From: Rebecca billardiae RCC1528
Taxonomy: Eukaryota > Protista > Haptophyta
DNA: 64,000 nucleotides
Reading direction: 5' to 3'
NCBI GenBank assembly: GCA_965240325.2
Contig: OZ251222.1
Location: 3,658,001 to 3,722,000, forward strand
Shown: positions 10,803 to 21,408 of the stretch, in pieces
Numbering within the stretch: position 1 is the first letter of the stretch
How the letters are laid out: each line of letters starts with the position of its first letter
Position numbers and translations under genes: made by a program
Notes under the pieces: generated by a model
Databases searched by the model: none
What the model saw: only the letters and a program-made list of their open reading frames with translations
Told to the model about the DNA's origin: nothing

Positions 10803-11855
10803 GGCCCGCGGTGCAGGGCGGAACGCGCAGCGTGGAGCCCGCTCCGTGGGCCCTAACCACGTTTCAAAAAGATCTTTGATCAAGAAAAAAGGGACGGGGG
10901 GCGATTTTTAGGGCTGGCGGTGACCGAGTTTCGATTTTTGAGACCCTCTCTACACATGCATTACGGACGGAAATAACCGCGTCCACGACATTCCCCTATT
11001 CAATCGATGGACGGGACGTGAGCGGCCGTGACTTTAACGTAACGGTTCGTTACGAGCGATTTAGTTTGATAGTGAGATTGCCGCGAACCGATGTGACAAT
11101 GTACGTCCCTTGAATCAGTTGATCATCTATTCAATCGCGCCCTATCTGAATCTGTATCAGGAGCCGACAAGGCAAGGGTCAGTAGCAGAGGGCCCAAGCT
11201 CGGCGTATATCTCAATACTATCTGACGCGAACGGACTTGGTTGGGCGCGCGCGTGGCCCCGGGCGGCGGCCCACCAGAGGCGGCCCGCGTTTGGAGGCGA
11301 GCCACGGGCACGAGGCTCACGAGCGACCGACGGGTGAGGACGGCGATGGGCAGGTGCGCGCGGCGAATGGCGCCTGGAGCGCGCGGCTGCGGCGGGTCCC
11401 GACTGCCGTCGACATCGCGTTCGTCGTGCCCCCGCTCACTCCGCGCGCCCCCGCCGCCCCTTGCCGCCCTGTCGATGCCTCGGCGCGGCCTTGCGCGGCC
11501 CCGGCGCGTCCGCGAGCCGGCGCCGCAGCCGCCGCCCTGTGTTCGGGCTCTCGCAAGCTCGGGGGCAGCGGCGCCTGATGCCGGACTGATCGATCTCTGA
11601 GCCTTCGACTTCACCACGCGCCGCCCTTGCCATGCCTTTCCGGGGTCTCCCAGAACTCTTCTTGATTGAGAGAGAGCAGGCGCGCCGACGATCCGAGTCC
11701 ATCGTCGGTCGACTCTGAGCGAGGGCTACGCCTCGGAACTGAACGGTACTCTACGAGGAGGACGAGCTGCGCGGGCGACGGTGGTGCGTGACGTCCCCAG
11801 AGCTGGCCGTGCCTCTGCAACGCGTGCCGAGCCTGATCGAGGTGTGTCAGCTGCC

Positions 11856-13572
11856 TAGGGGGGCCAAACCGCCCATTTAAAAATGAAAAGCAAAGTCGCG
11901 TCGCATTTTCGCTCCGCCCTCGGCCTTTTAGGGTGGCGCGGAGCCTTTTTCTCGGACCTCGCTCGAAAATCGAGCTCCGACGCCTTCGGGCGCTCAGAGC
12001 TCGGTTCCGCTCCAGCACGAGCGGCCGGAGGCAGTGGACCGCCGCGCGCTCGCGACCTCTGAGACGCCGAGATGGTCTCGGGTGCGCGCGCGCGTGACGC
12101 TGGTGGGCGCTACTGACCCGTGCCTTTGCGCCACCAGCGGCTCACCACCCGCTTCTTGGCCACCTCGCGCCGTGCGCGGCGCGCGTCGGCCGGCTTGAAT
12201 TGGTGCGCTGCGTACGCCCGCTACGCTACCGCACGGTGTGGCGCATGATCAACTCGGACCAATGAGATCGATGCTCGGACCAATCGTCCATGTATGTCTG
12301 TGAATGCCCAGCTCGCCTAACCTGCCCTACTGCGCCGGAATCGCCGTCAGCAGACCGGCGCGAGCTCGCGCACAGCACCTCCGCGGAGCTCGCAACTGTC
12401 ATGTTCCGCTTGTAGGGCCCGTGTTTGCACCTGCCGTGGCACTTGCGATGGTCAGTACGTTGGGTATGGGTCACGTGTGCCCTCTGATGGCGTCTGGGCG
12501 CCTCCCATTCGCCTCTCAGGACGTCGCGGACGTGCTCGCAGGCAGCGGTTGGCTCATTCGACAGGTCCGACGTGCACTCGACCGTGCCTGCAAGCGCGCC
12601 CCTGTGACGCTCATGCCTGCAGAAGCAGATGCAGATGGGCCCTCATGCACCCTGGTGCGCCCAAGACCGGCGGGAGCGTCAGAGACCGTCTCAATCTTGA
12701 CACCTTGCACACGCCGGCGCTTGCCGTTGGGCTCCGCGCAGCCAGCCAGGAGCGCCGAACAGCGCCGGATCAGCCTCTGTAGGCCGAATATCCGCCCCTA
12801 AGCCCAGAAATAGCGCGGAACAGGGTAGTGCGTACCTATGTGGACCAATCCCATCCAGCCTGGTTTGGTGCAGACACGCCAGCCACCGCCTGGAGCAGAC
12901 GTTTGCTGCCGAATCGCATGCTCGGCACTGTGCCGCACTGCGACGACGACAGATTTGACCTGCCTCGTAGGTCTCGGCCAGGGAGCGGTGACGGTTGGCT
13001 CGAGTGACTTTAAACCTTGACTATGACCGAGAGCACTCCCGGGCTGAGGACGTGGGGCCGGTGCTTTGGGTCTAATATGTCTGCAATACGCCGTACGCGT
13101 GGCCGTATACACAGTCTGAAAACGTATCTCGCAGCTCGAGATCAGATGAGGCTGTATTCATCAGCATGGCGCCTATATACACAGTGGGTATGTAACGATC
13201 GGTGGCTTCTAGGAAACTACATATTTGACCGCCTGCCAGTACACAGCCTATATCGCATGTTGGGACCTGCTGCTGCTGGGGACTCAGAACGATCTCGCTG
13301 AGATGCTCTAACAAAGTGAGGTCGACATGGTCTATATGTCACATATAGGACGACCGTTACATGCCGTTTCCAATAAGTTCAGGCTCATTCTAATAAGTAA
13401 ATATGCTAGCCGTTACGCCCCATATTCAGGGTATGTGCACCTGATTTTTTTACATGGCCGGCCCAGACCCCTCCAGAGGGCAAATGATCCAGCCCGAAAT
13501 CAGCTCTAAACACTCGCTAGGACCCGCGCTCGTGGCCGTCAGTAATGCTACAGTGCCACTTTGGCCCCCCTA
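11856..13572. mobile_element. 1.7-kb non-autonomous TIR DNA transposon (hAT-like ends) nested in copy 2
   Basis: Perfect 13-bp TIR TAGGGGGGCCAAA / TTTGGCCCCCCTA. Direct 7-bp flank AGCTGCC at 11849-11855 and 13573-13579. Confidence 0.85.
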
Positions 13573-13631
13573 AGCTGCCCGTGCACGCGCGGCGAGTGCG
13601 CGAACCGGATCACCGGTGCCCTCGCACCTCG

Positions 13632-13934
13632 GCACCGTGCTCCCTCGGGCTGTCAGCTCCGCGTGGCCTGGCGTGCACGTAGAGTTGCGCTCATGCGTCG
13701 ATCACGCCTCGCGCCCGCCTGTCGGCCGTCGCGCAGGCGCTGGTCGAACCCTACTCGGACCCTACTCCTCCAGCCCTACTCCCGGGCGCTGCCGGCGCGG
13801 GGGGTGACCCCGGGGACAGCGGTCAGCAGCAGCGGCCCGAACGAATCCGCGGCCCCGCACCGTGCTCCCTGGCTGTCAGCTCCGCGTGGCCTGGTGTGCA
13901 CGTGGAGTCGCGCTCATGCGTCGATCACGCCTCG
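13632..13934. repeat. ~80-bp direct repeat (13632-13711; 13857-13934)
   Basis: GCACCGTGCTCCCT...GCTCATGCGTCGATCACGCCTCG occurs twice with few differences. Confidence 0.9.
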
Positions 13935-14934
13935 TCGCATCCGCCTGTACACAATCGGCGCCGCGCCGGCGGCTGCAATGTGAATGGGCCCGCCCGGCGC
14001 GGCGGGCGGCGGCGCGCCGCTGGAGTCTAGTTGTACGGGCATATGCAACTGGTCTGTCAATAGACGACTGCGACGGAGGGTGCACCGCCACCGCGGGCCC
14101 TGAACTACGTTCGTTCTACGGAAAAAGGACCGCGGAACGCGACGGTCATATATATATTATTGATATGTATGCCACTTATATGGCCTATCACGAGAATATT
14201 ACTACGACTATATATATGCTGTTTATAATCAGCCAAGGCAAGGGGCGCGGGCCGCGGCCATCCCGCATCGGGCGCATGGCCGGTCGGGCTCGGATCGGCG
14301 GGATCGGACATCGGTGCCGTGAGTCCGAGTAGGTTTTGAGGTCGAAACTTTTGCTCCGCCCCGATGGGACGCATTTATAGCGTCGATTCTGGGTGAGAGA
14401 CAAAATCTAGGACGTCATTCTGAGTGCGCCAGAATATCGCCCCAGTTGGGAGGGACCCACCTAGTGAGTGCCGTCCGCGGCGGCATCGGCGGTCGATTCA
14501 GGTCTGGCGCGCCGCGCGCACCGGTCCCGGGGCAGGTGACCGGGTCCGGGGCCCGGGTCAGGGTGGCAGACGACAGACGTGAGACGATGGTCAGTCACGA
14601 TGACGATGCAGCGGCCCGGCCGAGTTAAAACTTAAAAGTGATGACGTTGAACTCGCTTGAGCTTCGGGCCTTGCGGAAGACGTGCGCTGCTCTGCTAGCA
14701 CCGTGGTGGCGCGTCCGGCACCCCTCGCATCATCGACGAGCGAGCCGCGGGCAAGTCCTAGGCGTGAGATGCAGGTGAAGAACCGCGTGAGCGCATTGGG
14801 CCGTGGTGGGATAGCCGATCATCCGCTGTCCAGCGGATCGACACTCATTGGTCGCAGGCGGCACGCAGCAAGAACACACGGAGTACAGGGAGGGTGCACA
14901 CTTGCAGCGAAAGGCCAAGCGTGGCCGCTCCAGC

Positions 14935-15810
14935 TCAGTCGGACTCGTCGTCCGAGTCGATCGTCGCCTCTGCCTCTTGCGGTTCGTCGCCACTGACTGC
15001 GAAGATCACCGGCGCGTTGCTCTCACGAAACTGGTGCAGCTGCATGTCCGGGCTCCGGTCACCGCGGCTGGTTGCGCGCGTGTACGCGGTGCTCGTGCGC
15101 GCGGGGGAGAGTAATGGGCGCGCTTGGCGGGAGGCCTGCGTGGTCTCGAGTAGCTCCATGTAGCGTGAGGCCTGATGCCCCTGCTGAGCGACGGTCCGGC
15201 CGAGGAGTCCGCGCAGCCTTGCCAGCTCGGCACGCATCCGCTCGTTCTCCGCGCCCTGCCGCGCGGAAAGGGCGCAGGCGGTGGGTCAGCTCCGGCTGAA
15301 AAAGGCAGCGGCGGGGGGAAACGGCGCGGGCAAAGCGCACACCTCTTCACCGGAGCCAGTCACGCCGCTGGCCTTGGTGCGCTCGAGCTCCGCGCGGCTG
15401 GCAGCAGCATCCCGTTCCGCTTTCTTGAGTGCTCGCTCACTCTCGGCGAGCTTCTCACTGGCCTCACGCCGAGCCAGCTCGAGCGCCTGCGCGAGATCAT
15501 CGCGCTCAGCCAGCGCACGTGAGAGCTCGGCCTTCATCTCTGCGGCCTCTGCGGCGGCGACAGAGGCGATGCGCGAAGCTTGTAGCGCCTCCGTCTCTGC
15601 TCGTGCACGCTCAGCCTGGAGCTGCTCGCCGAGCTCTGCCACCCGGAGCTTGTGGTGGGTGAGACTGATCAGCTCGTCGCCTGCGACAGATTGGCGCGAT
15701 GTTGGAGTGACTGGCGTCGTGGGCACGCCCGAAAGGCGCGCGGAGATGTGGCGCACCAGTGCCTCATCGTCGTTCTCGGCGTCCGCCGGCACAGCGGAGC
15801 CCGCCATCAT
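14935..15810 (-). CDS. Coiled-coil protein, 2 exons (intron 15256-15342), about 262 aa
   Basis: Heptad-rich E/A/R/L sequence. A phase-0 GTGTGC...GCAG intron joins ...GSGEE to GAENERMRAEL in frame. Confidence 0.75.
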
Positions 15811-16098
15811 GTCCGTTTTGAACTGGACAGGGAACGAACGGGTCGTCCAGTCTGAAGTTGTCCGGACGGGGAAGACGCGTAAGATTGAAGATCCGGACTT
15901 ATTATTATCCCAAAAATCGGCCGCCCATTTCTCAAGCTCAAGCCAGCTCGCACCCGCTCGCACCCCGGCTTGTGCACCGCTGGGACTCGACAGTGGGACG
16001 CGCTGGGGCTACCGCATCATCAGGCCCAACGCGCACAGCGCAGTCCTGGCATTCGCCCGTGCGACAACCAGTTGGCGCGGCCGGCGTCGGCGCCGCCC

Positions 16099-17472
16099 TT
16101 ATCGGGGACGGTAGTCCGCGTCGACGTCGCCGCTGCCGCCACCCGCTCTGTCGTCTGACGTGGCAGGGTCGGGCAGCATGCTGAGCTTCCGCCCCTTGCC
16201 TATCTCGCAGTACGCCTTGAATCTACCCCCGCAAGGGTGCAGCAGCGGCACGAGCAGGTGGCTCGCGTGGCTGTCGCTGCAGCGCATGCAGTACACCTTG
16301 AAGCGCAGGTCGCACTTGGACGGGACGCAGTTGGCGCCGTGGCCGATCTTGGTGTCCGCGATGGGGATGCAGCTCTTGCCCTCCTCCGTGGTGCGACTCG
16401 TCAGGGTGGGCATGGCGTCGGGGCCGACTTGCTTGATCGGCACGCCGTGCTTCTTCATCACGTTGAGGAGGTAGTGCTCGGGGTTCTTCAGCCGGCCGTG
16501 CATGTTGTTCACGCCGGAGAAGGAGAAGTACCAGTCGAGCAGCGGGCGCGCAAAGAAGTGGTAGCCGTGCTGCCCGTCGATCACCGACACCTTGTCGTTC
16601 AGCCCGCCCCACGAGTTGCACTCCTTGAAGACGGCGGTGCCCGAGTAGTACGAGCGCGCGGCGATCGGCCACGGCCGCAGGATCAGCGAGTCGTCGCGCA
16701 GCTTGACGAAGACCTCGTACGGACGGCGGTTGGTCTTCTCGAGGTGCACAAAGTGCTTGTGGCACAGGTAGAGCGCGCGCCACTGCCGCACGTGCGACTT
16801 GGCGCGCTCGTCCTTCGCCTCGGGGCCGCGGTAGTCCTTGTCATTCTGCTGCACGTACTCCTTGTGCAGCATCGGCTGCTGGTCCTGCGGGCGCATGTCC
16901 AGGATCAGCCTGCCGCCCTTGAGCACGGCGCCCACGCGGTTGCGGATGCGCTCCGCATTCCACCCCTTCCGCCCGCCCGCGTCGGTGTGCTTGTTGACGA
17001 ACCTGGCCTGGCCCGGCGGCCCGAGGGCGAAGACGACATCGACCGTGTAGAAACGCGTGTTCTTCTCGAACACGTTCATCACCTTCGAGCCCAGGTCGAG
17101 GCGGTCCGCCTGGCCGATCACGCAGATGCCCATGTGAGGCAGCTTCCCCGGCCTCGAGTTTGCGGCGCGCTTGGCGTTCTCCGCTCGCAGGGCGTGCATC
17201 TCGCGCTCCTCCGCGGACAACCTCTTCTTCTGCCCGTCCCATGCCCGCTTCTCCGCTGCCGTGGGGTTCATCGAGCTCAGCCGCCGCGCGTACGACGCGG
17301 CCTCGCCCACGGAGAGCGCCTCCTCGCCGTCGCCGCCGCAGCCCAGCGACGAGTTGTGGTGGGCGCGAGGCTCGGGCGCCGGCGCGGTCACATTCACGCC
17401 GGGTAGATGAGGCGCCGCTAGCTGCCCGGCCGAGCCGGCGACGAGCGCGAGCACAAGGGAGAGCACGCGCAT
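16099..17472 (-). CDS. Secreted/luminal protein with putative glycosyltransferase-like domain
   Basis: Signal peptide MRVLSLVLALVAGSAG. Motifs ICVIGQxxR, YEVFVKLRDD, GGLNDK and NPEHYL recall an uncharacterised GT-like family common in algae and large viruses. Cys-rich C-terminus. Confidence 0.7.
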   Translation of the reverse strand: MRVLSLVLALVAGSAGQLAAPHLPGVNVTAPAPEPRAHHNSSLGCGGDGEEALSVGEAASYARRLSSMNPTAAEKRAWDGQKKRLSAEEREMHALRAENAKRAANSRPGKLPHMGICVIGQADRLDLGSKVMNVFEKNTRFYTVDVVFALGPPGQARFVNKHTDAGGRKGWNAERIRNRVGAVLKGGRLILDMRPQDQQPMLHKEYVQQNDKDYRGPEAKDERAKSHVRQWRALYLCHKHFVHLEKTNRRPYEVFVKLRDDSLILRPWPIAARSYYSGTAVFKECNSWGGLNDKVSVIDGQHGYHFFARPLLDWYFSFSGVNNMHGRLKNPEHYLLNVMKKHGVPIKQVGPDAMPTLTSRTTEEGKSCIPIADTKIGHGANCVPSKCDLRFKVYCMRCSDSHASHLLVPLLHPCGGRFKAYCEIGKGRKLSMLPDPATSDDRAGGGSGDVDADYRPR

Positions 17473-18218
17473 CTCGCTCGTTGCGCACCCCGTGCTTCGT
17501 GAGCGGCTCCGGGGCGCACCCTCGCCTTGACGCTTGCTGCTCGTGGCACTGGATCCTCCGCAGCTAGAAAACTGTTCAACTGATATCGTCGCCGTCGGTC
17601 GTCCCGCGCGCTCGCGGCGCGCTCCTGCTCCAGCCGCGTCAACGATCGTCATCTAACTGACATTCAGTGCGCTACTGCGGTATGGTACAGTACAGCCTTG
17701 TAGTAAGTACTAAGTATCTACGGTACAGTAGTACGTCCATAACTGTATCATACGGTCGTCGCAGCAGCCCGTCCACTCTCAGAAGTCAGAGTACTCCGCC
17801 ACTCCGGATTGTCTGACCCATGATGCCCCATGGCATCAAGCTCTCACTGATACTGTCGCGTGCGGCTCGTGGCCGTGACGCCGCACTGTCTGGCGGGTGC
17901 CGGCCCGCGGACCGTCACGGCGCCTGAGCCAGGCGGCCACGGCCCGCGGCGCCCCCGCGGACAGTGCCAGTCCGAATCATAGGCCGGCGGGCCGGCCGAC
18001 TGAGGGCTGCCAGCAGTGCTCAGTGCAGGCGCCGGCACCGGCCGTGTCCGCGACGGGCGGGCCGGACTGGTGTCGTCGTGCCCGCCAGCAGAAGAGGCAC
18101 TGGGAGCCTGTGCTGCCTGCGACCTGGTGACTCGTGGATGCGGTAGTACGTGTGCTGTTGGATGTAGACGACGCGCGGCTTTCACCGCACCTGCGCAGCG
18201 TGCGTGGACGCCGACGCA

Positions 18219-18662
18219 TCAGTGCCCTCCGATCCCGAAGCCGCCCTTATTCCCCGACATCACTTGCTCAGCTTCAACGTGCTCCACGTGCTCGTGCTGC
18301 TCCACCTCGGCGGCAAGCTCTGGCGGGAGGAATGCGGAGAAGCCCTTCAGCACTGTCCTGAAGCGGTTGCGCACCTGGCCGCCGTGCGCCTCGATGTAGT
18401 GCTCGAGCTCCTCCATGTCCGCGACGGACGCGGCGGCCGTGAAGGTGACGATGTATCGGTTCTGCAGCAGGCGGGGGAAGGCAGGGGCGGCGCCGCCGGA
18501 TGCTCTCAGCCAGACGGCAGAGGACGACCCGGCGTTCGCCGTGCGCTGGCGTACCGAGACATCAGGAGCGCCTGACGAGGTGTGCACCCTGCCCACGACC
18601 TCGGCGCGCACGGAAGCGAGGGCAAACGACGCGCAGAACGCCGTCACGAGCGCGGCGCGCAT
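18219..18662 (-). CDS. Stand-alone peptidase inhibitor I9 (subtilisin propeptide-like) with signal peptide
   Basis: RYIVTF...GGQVRNRFRTVLKGFSAFLP...VEHVEAEQVM matches I9. A stop follows with no S8 catalytic domain. Confidence 0.85.
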   Translation of the reverse strand: MRAALVTAFCASFALASVRAEVVGRVHTSSGAPDVSVRQRTANAGSSSAVWLRASGGAAPAFPRLLQNRYIVTFTAAASVADMEELEHYIEAHGGQVRNRFRTVLKGFSAFLPPELAAEVEQHEHVEHVEAEQVMSGNKGGFGIGGH

Positions 18663-18912
18663 GACGATCCTCCCCCTGCGGTGTGGTGGGCGTGAGGCTG
18701 ACAATGTGGGTAGCCAAGTAGCCAACCGTGATGGCGGAAGGCGGCAGGCGGCCGGCAGCAGCAAGGAAAAATCATCTCTGCTCTCCAAAGCGGTTTAATA
18801 CTAGGGTTTTATCTAGGTTGGTTGCTGGTTTGTAAACACCGGTCGACCTGTAGATCGCGCAGCCAATCAAAATGTTTCCCCGTCCCGTACCGGTCCGCAG
18901 GCGTCTGTGAGG

Positions 18913-20182
18913 ATGGCGCCGGTGCTGGCGGTACCGCGTGGGTGGCATGCCAAGCTGCTGATCTGCCCAGCCCTGCTCTCGCTGCCGTTCGTGCGCGGGT
19001 ACGCTGTGTCGCGGGGTGCGACGCGCTCGATCAACGCGTACAAGCAGCTGCGCAAGACGCCAGAGCTGTTCCAAGAGGGCTGGCCAGCCGCGTGGTTCGA
19101 CGAGCGCTACCTGCAGTTCCGCCACTCCTTGGCGAACGGCTCAGTCGATGCCTTTTTCGAGCTCGCGCGAGAGGAGGGCCCCGGCATCTACTCCTTCCCG
19201 CTCTTCTCCAAGGCCTTCTGCAACCTCTTTCTGGACGAGGTCGACAACTACAAGAAGTCCGGCCTGCCCATCCGCCGACCAAACTCGATGTGAGCGGGCG
19301 CCTGCGCGTACCCATCTGCGCACAAGCGAGGCACGCTTGGGGCGCCCGCGCGACGCACCGGCACCCACGCCCCAGGCGCCCACCTACCCCCGTTCCCGCG
19401 CAGGAACAACTATGGGCTGATCGTCAACGAGATCGGCATGCGCGACGCCCTGTCGCACTTCCAGCAGCAGCACGTGCTGCCGATCGCACGGCTGCTCTTC
19501 CCGCAGGCCGCGAGCAACTTCGACTCGCACCACTCCTTCATGGTGCAGTACAAGCAGGACGAGGACCTTGTGCGCGCGAGGCGCCCCGCGCCCTGGCCTG
19601 TCCGCGCGCGCGTGCGCACACCGGCCTCACGCGCGCGCGCCGCGCCGAGCTGCGCCGCAGGGGCTGGACATGCACACGGACGACTCGGACGTGACGATCA
19701 ACATCTGCCTCGGCCGCGAGTTCGAGGGCGCCGGGCTGACCTTCTGTGGGATGCGCGGGGAGCCGGACCACCGCCACTTCAAGGTCACCTACAAGCACGA
19801 GGTCGGCCGCGCGGTCATCCACTCCGGTGACCGGCGGCACGGCGCTGACGACATCTCCGAGGGCGAGCGCAACAACCTGATCATCTGGAACCGCAACCTC
19901 GACTGGCGCAACTCGCGCGAGTACCTCGAGATGCGCGCCGCGTACCTGGCCGAGAGCGCGCCGCCTGACGAGCGCTGCCTGTCGTACACGCACGACCGCG
20001 ACTACGGCATGTTCAAGTCGTACCCGATCGGCGTGACGCCCGGTGGGTGGTGCCCGCCGCCCGGCAAGCAGTACCCTGGGTTCGGCGTCAGACCTGCCAC
20101 CGCCCAGCGCAGGGCGGCGAGCGCCGCAGCGGCAGCAAACCCGTCTTCGATCGGAACTCCAGGGACGCAGGATGAGCTTTGA
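18913..20182 (+). CDS. 2OG-Fe(II) dioxygenase, OGFOD2/ICU11-like, 3 exons (introns 19290-19403, 19570-19660)
   Basis: Spliced sequence gives GIYSFPLF, RPNSMNNYG, DSHHSFMVQY, LDMHTDDSDVTINICLG (HxD), RRHGA (distal His) and GERNNL (2OG-binding Arg). Confidence 0.92.
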
Positions 20183-21110
20183 TGCGCGCCGCGCGCGTCT
20201 CGTGCTGCTATTTACCGTGCTGCGCGCATGATGATGCGCGCTATAATCCTATGTCAATATATGCCATCGTGACGAGCACAGCTCTCAGACTCGCGCAGAG
20301 AATATCGTCAGACGAGATATCATCGCGATATGATGATTAGTAGTTGTCATCGGACTGGGCACCAGTCCGGCGCCGACCTCGCGCGGTGCCCGACACCGAG
20401 GCACCGTACGTAACAGCGTTCCGCGCCGAGCCCGCGAGGAGTGGCGCGGGTCAATTTTCATATCCACATCTACCCGCACGTTACCATCACGTACCGGCGG
20501 AGGCACGATCTCACTGCTGCTACTATCTCGGCCAGTCCTGAGTCCGGAGCCCCGATAAACTGCCTGGGTTTGGTTGCGGGCTGCCGACGCATTCATGATT
20601 TCATCCGTCATGTGAGCCCGTCCGCCTGCCCCTTCGCCTTCGGGGCCGCGGTCCTTAGCCCCGCCTGGTCGGCTTCCGGTGGACCGGTATCGCCCACACG
20701 CGCGGTAGGGAGCACCCTACCTGGTAGATTTTCAGCCACCTGGATTCGGACATTTCGGATTAGGCGAGACGGCGAGCACCGAACCGTTTCCCTTAAGAAG
20801 AGCTGTACCCACCGTAGTTATAATAACATATGGATTATGGTCGCATTGCACTATTCACGCGCGGCGCCTTCTGGGGCTTCTGGTCATTTTTGAGACTAGG
20901 ACTTCTGAGCGGCTGTGAGTACTTTATTCGTTGTTCAGAGAGCACGAGCAAGGAATCCAAGTTGGAGCCGCCGCCCCCATAGTCAAGGCCCATCCGGCCA
21001 TCGAAAACGGCGCGGCTCGTATTGGGTTTCGGACGGAATCTTACCTGATGTGAAGCGTATTTCCAATAGGTGTCCGCCACGCCGCCACCGTGAAGAAGGT
21101 AAGACGACAT

Positions 21111-21167
21111 CTCTCTCTCTCTCTCTCTCTCTCTCGATCTCGTCTCTCTCTCTCTCTCTCTCTCTCT
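21111..21167. repeat. Interrupted (CT)n microsatellite
   Basis: CT dinucleotide runs. Confidence 0.9.
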
Positions 21168-21408
21168 TACTAGTGTAGTGCATACATGCACAGACGAATC
21201 ATATATATCCGGCAGCATCACGGCACGCCGCACTAATACTACGGTAGCAGCTTACTTAGCAGCAGACTTTATTAGCAGTACGACTCTGTCATCTAAGTCC
21301 GTCGTGGTCGTCGAGTGAGTACTGAGTGATCTGAGTGTATCAAGTGAGACTAGCCGCGTCTAGCGCAGCAGAGTGAGCAGTAGAGTGCTTCAAGGCGCGG
21401 ACGACTAG

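Larger units (their letters stand above)
10801..14149 (+). mobile_element. Non-autonomous Helentron/Helitron2-like element, copy 2 (head-to-tail with copy 1)
   Basis: 5' ~260 bp homologous to 9513-9797. The 3' end 14081-14149 is homologous to 10736-10802, with the same subterminal IR (14089-14099) and hairpin. Ends GGTCAT followed by an AT run. Confidence 0.7.
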
